64,000 bases of DNA from a virus. The notes beneath the pieces are model-generated. The model was not told the origin of the DNA. It saw only the letters and a list, made by a program, of their open reading frames with translations, and did no database searches. The stretch spans positions 121,328 to 185,327 of the IMG/VR virus record IMGVR_UViG_3300027987_000212; one strand, 5' to 3'. Below, one piece after another: positions 1 through 9,337 of the stretch; position 1 is the first letter of the stretch, and each line of letters opens with the position of its first letter. The position numbers and the translations under genes are program-made.

Positions 1-344
1 TCCAACCATTCGCTCTTCTGTGGCCCGGAGAATCCGTACAGACACAAGAAGGCGACTACATCGATGGGACCTGCCGACTAGAGCTCGACGACGAGAAGCC
101 CGCTACGCATCGGGCACTCATCGAGGAAGGCGCCGAACTGACCAAAGCGTACGCCGTGTTGTACTGCGTACAGGTACCAGAAGAAGTAGCCCTCCAACTC
201 AGCACCCCTCACGGTGTGCACCGGTGGTCAATTCCAGTGCAGCACCGGGAGGGTCGCTTGATTCTAGGCACCACACAAGACTTGGGCGAGCAGGCAGCTC
301 AGCCCTCCGCTGACTCCCCGGCAGCTACTACTGGGGCCGGTTGA
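1..344 (+). CDS. hypothetical protein, 5'-partial
   Basis: Frame of the 156..344 ORF is open back to the window edge (QPFALLWPGES...TTGAG*). Confidence 0.5.
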   Translation, partial: QPFALLWPGESVQTQEGDYIDGTCRLELDDEKPATHRALIEEGAELTKAYAVLYCVQVPEEVALQLSTPHGVHRWSIPVQHREGRLILGTTQDLGEQAAQPSADSPAATTGAG

Positions 345-1093
345 GCGGGCAATGGCGGTGGCGGAGCGTGCCCTCCGACACCGTTGGCGGGAGCCATACT
401 GGCAAATGCCCCTACTGTGGCCGGAGTGGAGTGTACCGTTGTACTGTGCGTAAGCAACGCACCTTCCTGTGGCTGGTCCCCCGAGGACGACAGCCTGGAC
501 GTCAAGTCACTGAGGTTGTGGAGCGCCCCCGTGATGGCCTTGCAGCCCAGCTGCACCCCGAGGGCAATGGCTTTTGGGTCAGAGCCTAGTACCTCTCGAC
601 CCATGTCCAATGCTTTGATGGCGTTGGACGCGTCAGTGACTACCGTACGTAGTAGGTTAATCCTCGAGAGCATGTCATTGCTCTCTTGCCCCAGTTCGAT
701 GGGCGTACTCGCTGCATCTTCCCCCTCCGAAGATGCCGGCTTCCCCGTAGAGCGCCCTTTGGCGATAGCCGCCCCACCAGACGAGGCAACCCTGGGACGC
801 TTCTTCCTCCCTTGCTTCTCTATGGGTAGTGGCGCCGCGTCGGCCTTCTTCGAGGCCTTCTTCGAGGCCTTCTTGCCTACCTTCTTCGAAGCCTTCTTGG
901 CCGCCTTCTTGGGGGCAGAGGGGACCCCCGTATCGAGATTGTTGTCCACGTACTTTCGACAACGGTCCTTGTCTGCGTCAGACATCTGAGACCGCCCGAT
1001 GGCACGTTTTGCGTTCGTCGAATTGTCGTACTCGCCCGCTTTGACTCGTTGAATGAATTGGTCTGCAGTAGCCTTGCTGTGGTCGGACATCAT
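299..1093 (-). CDS. histone H1-like Lys/Ala-rich DNA-binding protein
   Basis: 264 aa ORF with PKKAAKKASKKVGKKASKKASKKA repeat block; GAGG RBS upstream. Confidence 0.7.
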   Translation of the reverse strand: MMSDHSKATADQFIQRVKAGEYDNSTNAKRAIGRSQMSDADKDRCRKYVDNNLDTGVPSAPKKAAKKASKKVGKKASKKASKKADAAPLPIEKQGRKKRPRVASSGGAAIAKGRSTGKPASSEGEDAASTPIELGQESNDMLSRINLLRTVVTDASNAIKALDMGREVLGSDPKAIALGVQLGCKAITGALHNLSDLTSRLSSSGDQPQEGALLTHSTTVHSTPATVGAFASMAPANGVGGHAPPPPLPAQPAPVVAAGESAEG

Positions 1094-1134
1094 TTACCTC
1101 GTGGGAAACAAGCGCCGAACTTACGGCGTACTGG

Positions 1135-1152
1135 GAACTAGTTCAACTAGTT
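1135..1152. promoter_or_regulatory. tandem AACTAGTT palindromes, possible operator
   Basis: GAACTAGTTC (10-bp palindrome) followed directly by AACTAGTT in a divergent intergenic region. Confidence 0.3.
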
Positions 1153-1234
1153 TCAGCTCACATCGATTGTCTCCGACTAGAAGCTGACTTTGACCCCACT
1201 ACCGGAAAAGCGCATAGTACGCACTGGAGGAAGT

Positions 1235-1918
1235 ATGCCCGAGAAGCCAAGTACGCCAGAACCCAGTAGAAACGACATCATCAATGCTGCCGGAGACCTC
1301 GCTCCCTACGGCGAAACAGGCCGACGATTATTTGCCATGATGCTGATGGAGAAGTACGTGCCCAGTGCCGTGAAAGACTCCAAGTTCCGTACCATCACCC
1401 AGGGCCGCGCCGGTGTTGCCTTCGACCGCCAACGCTTCTTCAGTACCTGTGGTGAGCTGGCCATGTTCTTGCTTCATGCACTCGGGTACCGCGGGCCTTG
1501 CCTAAATCGCACTCTACTGGCCAGCCAGGACGGCGTCTCCCGTACCTACGTCTTCGGAGCCAACATGACCTACCTAGTTGGGCGGGCCCAAGAGCAGGGG
1601 CACTTCGTACCTGCCACAAGTTCCGGCCGACCACGTCCCGGAGACATCTGCTTCATTCACGATGCAGGTGCCGCTGCCCGCTCTGAACACGTCTTCGTGT
1701 TTCAGCAGGAAGACACCAGCGCCGACAACAAGACGACCTTCTGGCGCTCCTACGATGCCGGACAAATCCAGAATCATCCATGGGAACAATGTGCCAAGAG
1801 ACGTGCACGCGTCTACGACAACGGCTATGTCGACAGCCGCAAGGTAGCTGGTTGGCTAGACATCTCCACGCTACCCCTGAGCCAGCCTGCCACCATGTTC
1901 ATCAATGAGGTTCCGTGA
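1235..1918 (+). CDS. CHAP/NlpC-P60-like cysteine hydrolase, putative endolysin
   Basis: STCGELA (Cys), PGDICFI, EHVFVF (His), SYDAGQ motifs; GGAGG RBS before ATG 1235. Confidence 0.65.
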   Translation: MPEKPSTPEPSRNDIINAAGDLAPYGETGRRLFAMMLMEKYVPSAVKDSKFRTITQGRAGVAFDRQRFFSTCGELAMFLLHALGYRGPCLNRTLLASQDGVSRTYVFGANMTYLVGRAQEQGHFVPATSSGRPRPGDICFIHDAGAAARSEHVFVFQQEDTSADNKTTFWRSYDAGQIQNHPWEQCAKRRARVYDNGYVDSRKVAGWLDISTLPLSQPATMFINEVP

Positions 1919-2412
1919 ATACCATCACCAAAACCATGCAGCTACGGTTACCTCCTACACTGTGGAAGTTACTGGGGCAGCAGCTAGTAACCATAAACTA
2001 CTACCGACTACTACGCGGCGAGCGTATGATGAGCCTGAACTCGCTGCTAGCCACCATCCTAGCGGGGCACACCATCCATCATGCCGAGACCATCAGTAAA
2101 GAGTTTACTTCTGTCATCGCTGCAGTCACCGAGCAAGAGCTCCCCTCCTTCTACAGCTTGGAGCAACTTGATGGGATTGCAGCCGCTACTGCCGAGCAAA
2201 TTCCCGACGCTGTCAGAATTGGCTACCGAACAGACTCAGGACACGCCCGCGTCAAAGCCAAAAAGGCTCTTCGACGTATACTTCGGGGTAAACCCAGCGC
2301 CCCTCATGCAAAATCTCCTAGCATGCCCTCAGAAGTACGAAAGAGGTGTGGCGGAGCTACTCCAGAGACTTACCAGTGGGTCCGCGAGCAACTCGACGCT
2401 ATCGGAGACTGA
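1915..2412 (+). CDS. hypothetical protein, possible ribbon-helix-helix N-terminus
   Basis: GTGA overlap with upstream stop; TMQLRLPPTLWKLL resembles an RHH strand-helix. Confidence 0.5.
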   Translation: MNTITKTMQLRLPPTLWKLLGQQLVTINYYRLLRGERMMSLNSLLATILAGHTIHHAETISKEFTSVIAAVTEQELPSFYSLEQLDGIAAATAEQIPDAVRIGYRTDSGHARVKAKKALRRILRGKPSAPHAKSPSMPSEVRKRCGGATPETYQWVREQLDAIGD

Positions 2413-2599
2413 GCTGCAGCTCCTAGACCGCGCAGTCATGGACTACAACCGACCCAACGTACCCCTGAAAGAGTCCGGGCCCCGAAAGGGGCCCGAACAA
2501 GTACGGAGGGTGACTACGGCTGACGATGACGACTCCCCCGAAGAAGACTCCGAAGAGTTCGTCGAGGAAGCTCCACCAGTTTTCTGGTGGCAGAAGTAG
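2306..2599 (+). CDS. small acidic hypothetical protein
   Basis: MQNLL...DDDDSPEEDSEEFVEEAPPVFWWQK; ATG 2306 inside the 2081..2599 ORF. Confidence 0.5.
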   Translation: MQNLLACPQKYERGVAELLQRLTSGSASNSTLSETELQLLDRAVMDYNRPNVPLKESGPRKGPEQVRRVTTADDDDSPEEDSEEFVEEAPPVFWWQK

Positions 2600-2610
2600 C
2601 CTAGCACGCA

Positions 2611-3258
2611 TCAGTACTGCGGGTAGCCGTACTGATTGACCCCGTGAGCCAGCGGAGGGCGTCCGTGCCCGTACACGGGTGTACTGGAGGGTACCATCAT
2701 GTAGTCCCGCGCTGTCCGCGTCCCCTTGGCGGCGAGATACCCGGTCCCCAGCAGCGCTGCGCCACCGAGCAGCTTGGCCTTTGTCCCAAGTCCCACCAAC
2801 GGCTTCTTGCCCGGCATGGACGCACGGACCCCCGCCTGCTGCATGGACTTGCCCGCGCTCCGCAACGCGCCGCCTAGCCCAGCCCCCGCCACATCCGGTG
2901 CCACGCCCGCCTGCTCTGCCGCTCGCAGCAGCCGCCCCGTGTTCCCGAGGCGTCCGACAGACCCCACTGCTTTGCCAGCACCCCGCAGCGCCGCGCCCAG
3001 ACCACTTCCAACGATTCCAGCTTCCTTGGAATGCTCCGCAGCACCGCGCGCCAGCGCCTCACCAGTAACGTGCGCCGCCTCGAGAGACGCGACTTTGAGC
3101 GCATCGATGGTCTGCGCCATGCGCTGTGCTTGGTAGGCACGTTCGGCCTCAGCTCGCATCGCTGCGTCCTCCTGCACATCCTGGACGTGCGCAGCATCCT
3201 GCTGAAGATACGCCATCCCGCTCAAAGCAGCGAGGGCACGTAGTAGCTCAGGAGACAT
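2611..3258 (-). CDS. KxA-motif Gly/Ala-rich virion protein
   Basis: KVAS and KEAG motifs; Gly-rich hydrophobic segment LLGGAALLGTGYLAA. Confidence 0.7.
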   Translation of the reverse strand: MSPELLRALAALSGMAYLQQDAAHVQDVQEDAAMRAEAERAYQAQRMAQTIDALKVASLEAAHVTGEALARGAAEHSKEAGIVGSGLGAALRGAGKAVGSVGRLGNTGRLLRAAEQAGVAPDVAGAGLGGALRSAGKSMQQAGVRASMPGKKPLVGLGTKAKLLGGAALLGTGYLAAKGTRTARDYMMVPSSTPVYGHGRPPLAHGVNQYGYPQY

Positions 3259-3264
3259 CCGCAG

Positions 3265-3843
3265 CTAGTATTGCACCGCGCCACCCCCAAGGGAAATCTT
3301 AGCCTTCTTGGGCGCGCTGTTGCTCTTGTGCGTCTTGGCTACCTTCTCTGCGGCAGCGTCGGACAAGGAGACCTCCACCTTCAGCTTACCGCGCTCGTCA
3401 GTCACCACTCGCGGGATGTCCTCGGCAACTTTGTCCACGGTTACAGCAGCCTTGTCCATGGCAGCTGCCAACCGTTCCATAGTCACAGTCGTGGTACTTA
3501 GCTGCTGCTTGAGCTCCTCAGCGTGACCTCGAGCAAGCTCCAACTCACCATGCATGCGCCCGGTAACCGAAAGCATCTGCTCCTGCCGAATCACCTGGTA
3601 GCCAATAACGAGGATGAGCATCGAGAATATGAGGAGGTTCACGCGGTACATACGCGCAAGCGACGTCCGTACGACCTCTACCAAGCGGTGGCCTTCTGCC
3701 AAGCGCTCGTTGTGCGACTTCATGTGGCCAAGGATGTCAGTAAGTACCGGCACCAACGCCTGAAGCTGTGAGGCAGCTACGTTCAACTGCTCCTTCGTTT
3801 CTGTGATAGTTCGCGTGCGGATGCTGGGATTGCGCTCATTCAT
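3265..3843 (-). CDS. single-TM coiled-coil protein, possible spanin-like lysis protein
   Basis: TM segment LLIFSMLILVIGY flanked by heptad helices; next to a holin-like gene. Confidence 0.55.
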   Translation of the reverse strand: MNERNPSIRTRTITETKEQLNVAASQLQALVPVLTDILGHMKSHNERLAEGHRLVEVVRTSLARMYRVNLLIFSMLILVIGYQVIRQEQMLSVTGRMHGELELARGHAEELKQQLSTTTVTMERLAAAMDKAAVTVDKVAEDIPRVVTDERGKLKVEVSLSDAAAEKVAKTHKSNSAPKKAKISLGGGAVQY

Positions 3844-4087
3844 CTGATGTCTCCACTCCGTCTTCTCGCACCGCCGCCAACGTGTCGAAACTCTCCGAGG
3901 TAGTGCGCAGTTCGTCTAGCAGCCGCTGTGGGGGTGCCTTCGGCATCAACGTTAGCAGACGCAGCCGAGCATCCTCCAGTTGCTGATTGACCTCGTCCGC
4001 TCTGGCCGCAACGCTGCTGTAGGACGCATTCGCCCTTTCAGCCCGTTCACTGCGGCCTACCAACCTTTGGAAGAAACGGATGAGCAT
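3836..4087 (-). CDS. hypothetical protein
   Basis: 83 aa ORF tightly packed in the operon. Confidence 0.55.
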   Translation of the reverse strand: MLIRFFQRLVGRSERAERANASYSSVAARADEVNQQLEDARLRLLTLMPKAPPQRLLDELRTTSESFDTLAAVREDGVETSDE

Positions 4088-4088
4088 G

Positions 4089-4490
4089 CTACCTCCCCTC
4101 AGTCGGTGGTGTGCTTACCGATACCTTCTGTATTCCCCTGGGTGGGCTGTGGCGTTGCTGGGCGAGTGTGGCTAGTAGTAGGTGGTCCAGCGTCGTCTTA
4201 ACGCTTTGCAGCGCCGCCGTACCAGCGTTGTCCGACCTCTCCAGATTCGTCAGGGCAGCGGTGACATCGGCTACGGTCTTCGACAAGTTCGTAGTAATGC
4301 GCTCGAGGCGCTGACCATCTGCCTCCTTGTCCGACACACGCTGGTCCTGCACCTGCATCAACTTACGTACGCAGATGATGTTCACCCCCAACGATAGGAG
4401 GAGTACGATACCTACGATACCGTACTCCACAAGAGAAAGGCCGGCTTGTTTGCCGACCTCTTCTATCGCCTTAGCCTGGAAAGCGAGCAC
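4089..4490 (-). CDS. holin-like membrane protein
   Basis: N-terminal TM helix YGIVGIVLLLSLGVNIICV followed by a coiled coil. Confidence 0.5.
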   Translation of the reverse strand: MLAFQAKAIEEVGKQAGLSLVEYGIVGIVLLLSLGVNIICVRKLMQVQDQRVSDKEADGQRLERITTNLSKTVADVTAALTNLERSDNAGTAALQSVKTTLDHLLLATLAQQRHSPPRGIQKVSVSTPPTEGR

Positions 4491-4492
4491 GG

Positions 4493-4879
4493 TTACCCTA
4501 GCACGTCCACACGTACCCTCGCGGCACCTGTACAGATGATGGACAGGGCGGTGATACCCGTTGCGGGGTTGGGGCTGGAGTACAGCAGAAAGCCGTTGGG
4601 AGCTAGCTCCACATCATCCGTTCCCCCGTTGAACCGTAGGTTGATGGGGGCGTCCGACGCAGTCTCCTGCTCGTACTGCACGAACAACGCCTTGGCCCCC
4701 GGAGACCCAACAGCCGCCAAGTCCACTACTGTCGTACCCGCTACGGTCAAGACGTACTTCTGGCTCACACGCTTCGTGAACGTTCCCGTAAGGGTCTCGG
4801 ACACTGTCGCTTGCGGCATCCCCGAATCTGGGGGGAACTGCAGCGAAGCAAGCGCAGTGTAGGCTTCAGTTGCGGACAT
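4493..4879 (-). CDS. putative virion structural protein
   Basis: 128 aa beta-rich ORF directly downstream of the tube gene. Confidence 0.6.
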   Translation of the reverse strand: MSATEAYTALASLQFPPDSGMPQATVSETLTGTFTKRVSQKYVLTVAGTTVVDLAAVGSPGAKALFVQYEQETASDAPINLRFNGGTDDVELAPNGFLLYSSPNPATGITALSIICTGAARVRVDVLG

Positions 4880-4891
4880 CAGGCACTCCTA

Positions 4892-5653
4892 TCACGAACC
4901 AGGGATACCGAGGAAGCTGTCTCCGACGTTGGCCCCACCTGCATTCGCCGCACTGCCGCTGATGAGCGCCAACGAGCTGACGGCAACCGGCACCGCACGT
5001 TCGAACTGTAGGGCAACCTGCTCCTGAAGCAGTACCCCTTGGCTGTCCGTCTGTAGGGCGTGGTTCGGGACGTAGCAGGCCTCGAAGTAGCACGCGCCCA
5101 ACGTGTCCCGGTTGATGTCGCGCATGTACATCATGCAGCCAATCGGCTGAGAGAACAGGTCCGACGCCAAGTTGACGAAGATGTTCTCGTACCCTGGAGG
5201 TACGACCACGTCGTGGGGGTTCGCGACCGACGCCGCGCCCGCATTGGGGAACATGGCTGGCACCACCGTCGGTGGGATGAGGTCTTGGTAGTACGCGTAG
5301 AGCACGCGCAAGAGCGATGCCCCGTGGTAGTAGACCCGGGCAAGGCCCAGCTGCCCCACGGTGCGCCCTGAGATGAAGTAGGAACGCTCTGAACCGAGCT
5401 CGAAGATGCGCGAGAACTGCCGCGTGTGGTTGACGTTGAAGTTCTGTACGATGCCAATCGGGTAGACGATTTGGTTCGCAGTCTGCCCAGAGCCACTCAC
5501 GGCCTGAGCAAAAGCTGCGGCGCCACCGATGTTCGCAATGCGGGGCGGGCCCGCCGCCAGCAACGTGTGTGCGGCATTCACGTACGCGCCGTCGACCATG
5601 CCGGCTTGCACGTAGCTTGTGTAGGGGGACCAGGTGCTGAACGTTCCAGACAT
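4892..5653 (-). CDS. tail tube protein (probable)
   Basis: Downstream of the sheath; IGIVQNFNVNHTRQFSRIFELGS resembles the tube-protein pattern. Confidence 0.7.
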   Translation of the reverse strand: MSGTFSTWSPYTSYVQAGMVDGAYVNAAHTLLAAGPPRIANIGGAAAFAQAVSGSGQTANQIVYPIGIVQNFNVNHTRQFSRIFELGSERSYFISGRTVGQLGLARVYYHGASLLRVLYAYYQDLIPPTVVPAMFPNAGAASVANPHDVVVPPGYENIFVNLASDLFSQPIGCMMYMRDINRDTLGACYFEACYVPNHALQTDSQGVLLQEQVALQFERAVPVAVSSLALISGSAANAGGANVGDSFLGIPGS

Positions 5654-5667
5654 GCGCTGATTCTACC

Positions 5668-6198
5668 TTACTGGCCCGCGTCGAGGCCGACAGAATTGGT
5701 TGTGGGTGGGGCAGTTGACGTTGAGGGGGTGCTGGGCACGGTCGGCGGCTTGGCTGCGTACGCCCCTCGACCCACCGAGGGCAAGCTACCCGCGGAACGA
5801 GGTCGCATACCTGCGCCGCCCGTCGCTAGGGAAGGAGACTTGGGCGCCTGAAACACCGGGGAGCCGAAGGCCTCCTTGAACAGCCCGCCCATCGCCTCGT
5901 ACAGCGCCAGACCGCCGCCCACGGTACTCCGTCGGCTCAGAGCGAAGTCAAGGAGACCCCCATCGGCGGCAGCGGCGACCTTTGCCCGCTGCAGCTCGGT
6001 GGGTACGTCCCGTACCTCGCCAGTCCCTGCGGCAATCTCGTCGAACGCAGCTCTCTGCGCCGCTGCTGCATGCTTCCGTACGCTAACTACCGTGGGCAAC
6101 GGAGAGGTAGGACCTTTCGCCAACTGGCGGTCCCACTCCTTTGTCGAAACCCCTTCAGGTGGAGGGGGTTCGGCAAGTTTGCTCAACGGACGAAACAT
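5668..6198 (-). CDS. KxA-motif virion protein
   Basis: KLAE, KHAA, KVAA and KEAF motifs; lies between sheath and tube. Confidence 0.65.
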   Translation of the reverse strand: MFRPLSKLAEPPPPEGVSTKEWDRQLAKGPTSPLPTVVSVRKHAAAAQRAAFDEIAAGTGEVRDVPTELQRAKVAAAADGGLLDFALSRRSTVGGGLALYEAMGGLFKEAFGSPVFQAPKSPSLATGGAGMRPRSAGSLPSVGRGAYAAKPPTVPSTPSTSTAPPTTNSVGLDAGQ

Positions 6199-6206
6199 GT
6201 CGGTGC

Positions 6207-9200
6207 TCAGATGACCAGCGTCAAACGCAGATAGTTGCAGGGGTAGGGTACTGCCAAGGTAACATCGATGAGGACGCTATCCGGAGCATCCTCGTCCTGA
6301 ATGATGTTGTTCGGGGAGAAGCCGGTGAGTACTCCCGCCTCAATCAAGAACCCGCCCACGCCATCGACCACCGTACCCACCGAGTCCAGGAACCCCTGGG
6401 TGATGTTGAAACGCCCGACGTATGACTTGACGGCTCTCCGCAGAACCTTCGCCGTGAAGTCCACCACTTTGGTGATGGAATCCGTACGCGTCTCGATGCT
6501 GGTAAGGTTGGTCGTCAAAGCGTGGCGACTGACGAGCGGCGCCGACGGGGCATCTTGCACGATGATGTAGGCACCTCCGCCAGCCATGATGTTCATCTGA
6601 CGTTCGCTGAAGCGGGTGTTGCTGCCGATGACCCGCGTGAACCCCGCCATCGGGAAGTTGGTGAACGACTGTTGCGGCGGCTGCGCCCCAATCAGGCCGG
6701 CGATGCCCGCGCACATGTAGAACCCCGGCAGTAGCGTCTCGAGTCCGTTGATGGTTGCTGCACACTGGTCCGGCACCGTCATCCACAGACGTCGACTACC
6801 GTAGGCCAGCCCCGTAGCTGCTACCGTCGAGGCCACTCCATTGTTGTCAGGCACACCCGTCGGAGAGAGCAGGGCTGCTCCCCGAACCTTGACGGAGAAC
6901 GGCTCTTGAATGAGCGTACCGGTGAACGCCGTCGTCGAGTAGTACCCATCATCATTCTCCCCTGAGGCGAACGACGTACGGATGGTGACGTTCGCGCCCG
7001 ACAGTGCCGAGATGGAGTAACGCTTGGCATCGGAGCCGATGTCCAAGTACAGCCCCGCGCTCACCGGGATGGTGCCAACAGGGCTGATGCCCGCATTCAG
7101 CAGCAACGCCGCCATGTTGGCGATTTGCGTATTGAACACGGTCGTGCTGACCGAGTCTCCTGCAGCACCAGAAGCAACCAGCGTGTCCAACTTGGTAGTC
7201 GGGAATTCGAGGTTGACGATGGCCACACGCTCACCACGAGCTTCAGGCTCACTCATGGCTTCCGCATGCGCCTTCCACACTTGGTGCACCGTGGCATCAT
7301 GCGTCAAGGGCGTGGTAGCGTAGACTTCCTGGCCCTCGAGGTACCCTGCGGCGCGCGTGAACGCGTCAGCCGTGCCGTAAGGCGCATCGCTACTGACCTC
7401 ATCGACCCCGAGACCCGTAACTTGAATGCCGGGCCCATTCACCAGTGCGAAGAACAAGCCCAACGCAAGTGGGTTCGAGGAGTCGATTGGAGAAAGGGCC
7501 TCCTCGAGCTCAGTCGTGTTGTCGAAGATGAGTAGCCCGGGGTTCTTGGCGATGGCAGTCACATCCCGTCGAACCGCCGTGTACGACACGTACATCGGAG
7601 CAGAAACATCGACGCGCGCCCCCCGTGTATCGCGCAGCTGCTCTGCCTTGAGTAGGGCCGCCCCCGCAGCCGTGATGACCAAGTCTGGGTCCGGCCGCCC
7701 CGTAGTAGGCAGATTCTTGGCGATGATGAAGAAGTCCCGACCATAGCCCAAGTCCAGCGCAAGCTGCTTGTCGAGCTTGAGGTTGGTGACCACTCCTCCG
7801 GGAGCCACTGCGGAGACATTGCCGACGTACACGCCGTCAATCCAGACTTCGTCGCCAGCTACCGGCTTGTTCGGCACACCGCGGTAGAACCCCGCAATCA
7901 GCGTCGGGGAAACGTTGGGGTCCAAGTTCGCCAGAGCCGTACCGCCCAAAATCTGAATGACCGAGTCCGTGCCAGTGTCCGAGTGCGTCAAACGCAGTGT
8001 GCTGCTACCGGCATCCGACGCCGTAATGCGCCCTCCTGCCGCGGTCCCTACCACCGCGTTGATTTGCGACAAGATGTCGGCGAACGCAGCCACACCGGCG
8101 AACACGATGGTCTGCACTTGCTGGCCATCGGAGATGATGAGCGTCGCTCCGTCTGCGGGGTTGGTCGCGGGGTCCGTCGCAGTCACCACTGCCGCAGTCG
8201 GCGTCGCCGTGAAGTCCTCCCCCACGAACTTCAAAATGGGCGACAGGCTGTTGCCGTCGCCATCATCGATGACCGCGATACTGACACCTGCGTAGACTCC
8301 GACGGTCAAGCCTAGCACCGACAACGCAGTACCACTGACGATTTCGATAGATGCATCAGACCCAACGTCATCGCTAGTCAGCACCAGCAAACCACCACCT
8401 GTCTGGCTAGCCACCAAGCCAGTCGTCTGTGCATCGATTTGCGACAAGACTGCGGCCGGGTTAGCCGGCGTCGCAAAGGTGACCGTTTGGTTCGCGCCAC
8501 CCCCCACAGACAGCACGACGGTCAAGGTGTCGAGGTCGCCCGGCAGCGTAAGCGTCGCCAAGTCGACAGAGCCCGTGACCACGGCAGGGTCATCGACGGT
8601 GCCGTTGCGCAAGAACGCTGAGTCGCGCATCGCTTCTCTAATATCCGTGCCGCTACCGAGCGCGAAGAACACGCGGATGGAGTCCTGCTCGATGCCCAGC
8701 TCATCCAAGTTGCCTCGAGGGTCCGGGAATGCCGCTTGCGGAATCAGTACGTCGTACTGATTGTACGCGCCCAGCCCGGCATAGGTGTGGCCGATGCCGA
8801 TGCCGAAGGCCGCCAAGACTGCAGGCGAGGTGGTCGCAGTGATGTAAATGCTCTGGAAGTCACCGACGCCAACCGTGCGCAACTGCCACTGCGTAGTACC
8901 ATCTCCGACCAACTCGGCCAGACCTGCAGTCACGCCAGCGGCCAAGAACGCGGCCTGAATCTGTGACACCACCGTCGAGGGAGTAAGTCCTCCACCGAGA
9001 GTATCACTGAACGTGACCGACACTTCTGTGCCGTTGTTGAACTGTACCGCCAAGACGAGTCCGTCCAAACCACCGTACACTGGGGTTGGCGAACCGGAGG
9101 CAGCCTTTGCGACGAAGAACGCAGGTAGTTGAACCAGCGCGTCTGCATTCAGCAGCGACCCGCCAGCTCCGTCACTCACACTCAGAGGTACTACTTGCTT

Positions 9201-9308
9201 CGCGACTCCCACCACATTCGGCATGAGTGACGGTGTGATTACCGTCGGCGTGACAGTGCGAAAGACTTGAACGACCTGTACGCCAGGACGGGGAAGTTCA
9301 CCAGCCAT
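6207..9308 (-). CDS. tail sheath protein with inserted repeat domains
   Basis: 1033 aa; N-terminal RPGVQVVQ and C-terminal VLIDVTLAVPYPCNYLRLTL typical of contractile sheaths. Confidence 0.88.
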   Translation of the reverse strand: MAGELPRPGVQVVQVFRTVTPTVITPSLMPNVVGVAKQVVPLSVSDGAGGSLLNADALVQLPAFFVAKAASGSPTPVYGGLDGLVLAVQFNNGTEVSVTFSDTLGGGLTPSTVVSQIQAAFLAAGVTAGLAELVGDGTTQWQLRTVGVGDFQSIYITATTSPAVLAAFGIGIGHTYAGLGAYNQYDVLIPQAAFPDPRGNLDELGIEQDSIRVFFALGSGTDIREAMRDSAFLRNGTVDDPAVVTGSVDLATLTLPGDLDTLTVVLSVGGGANQTVTFATPANPAAVLSQIDAQTTGLVASQTGGGLLVLTSDDVGSDASIEIVSGTALSVLGLTVGVYAGVSIAVIDDGDGNSLSPILKFVGEDFTATPTAAVVTATDPATNPADGATLIISDGQQVQTIVFAGVAAFADILSQINAVVGTAAGGRITASDAGSSTLRLTHSDTGTDSVIQILGGTALANLDPNVSPTLIAGFYRGVPNKPVAGDEVWIDGVYVGNVSAVAPGGVVTNLKLDKQLALDLGYGRDFFIIAKNLPTTGRPDPDLVITAAGAALLKAEQLRDTRGARVDVSAPMYVSYTAVRRDVTAIAKNPGLLIFDNTTELEEALSPIDSSNPLALGLFFALVNGPGIQVTGLGVDEVSSDAPYGTADAFTRAAGYLEGQEVYATTPLTHDATVHQVWKAHAEAMSEPEARGERVAIVNLEFPTTKLDTLVASGAAGDSVSTTVFNTQIANMAALLLNAGISPVGTIPVSAGLYLDIGSDAKRYSISALSGANVTIRTSFASGENDDGYYSTTAFTGTLIQEPFSVKVRGAALLSPTGVPDNNGVASTVAATGLAYGSRRLWMTVPDQCAATINGLETLLPGFYMCAGIAGLIGAQPPQQSFTNFPMAGFTRVIGSNTRFSERQMNIMAGGGAYIIVQDAPSAPLVSRHALTTNLTSIETRTDSITKVVDFTAKVLRRAVKSYVGRFNITQGFLDSVGTVVDGVGGFLIEAGVLTGFSPNNIIQDEDAPDSVLIDVTLAVPYPCNYLRLTLVI

Positions 9309-9337
9309 GTAGAGAGATTCCTTTCACTGCTCTAGAG

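Noticed and set aside
2610-2636. ATCAGTAC/GTACTGAT inverted repeat near convergent gene ends
   Set aside because: Lies within coding sequence, has a long imperfect loop and no U-tract
4892-5653. Tail tube protein contains no lysine
   Set aside because: True, but the sheath is also very Lys-poor (about 16 of 1033), so zero in 253 residues is not compelling on its own
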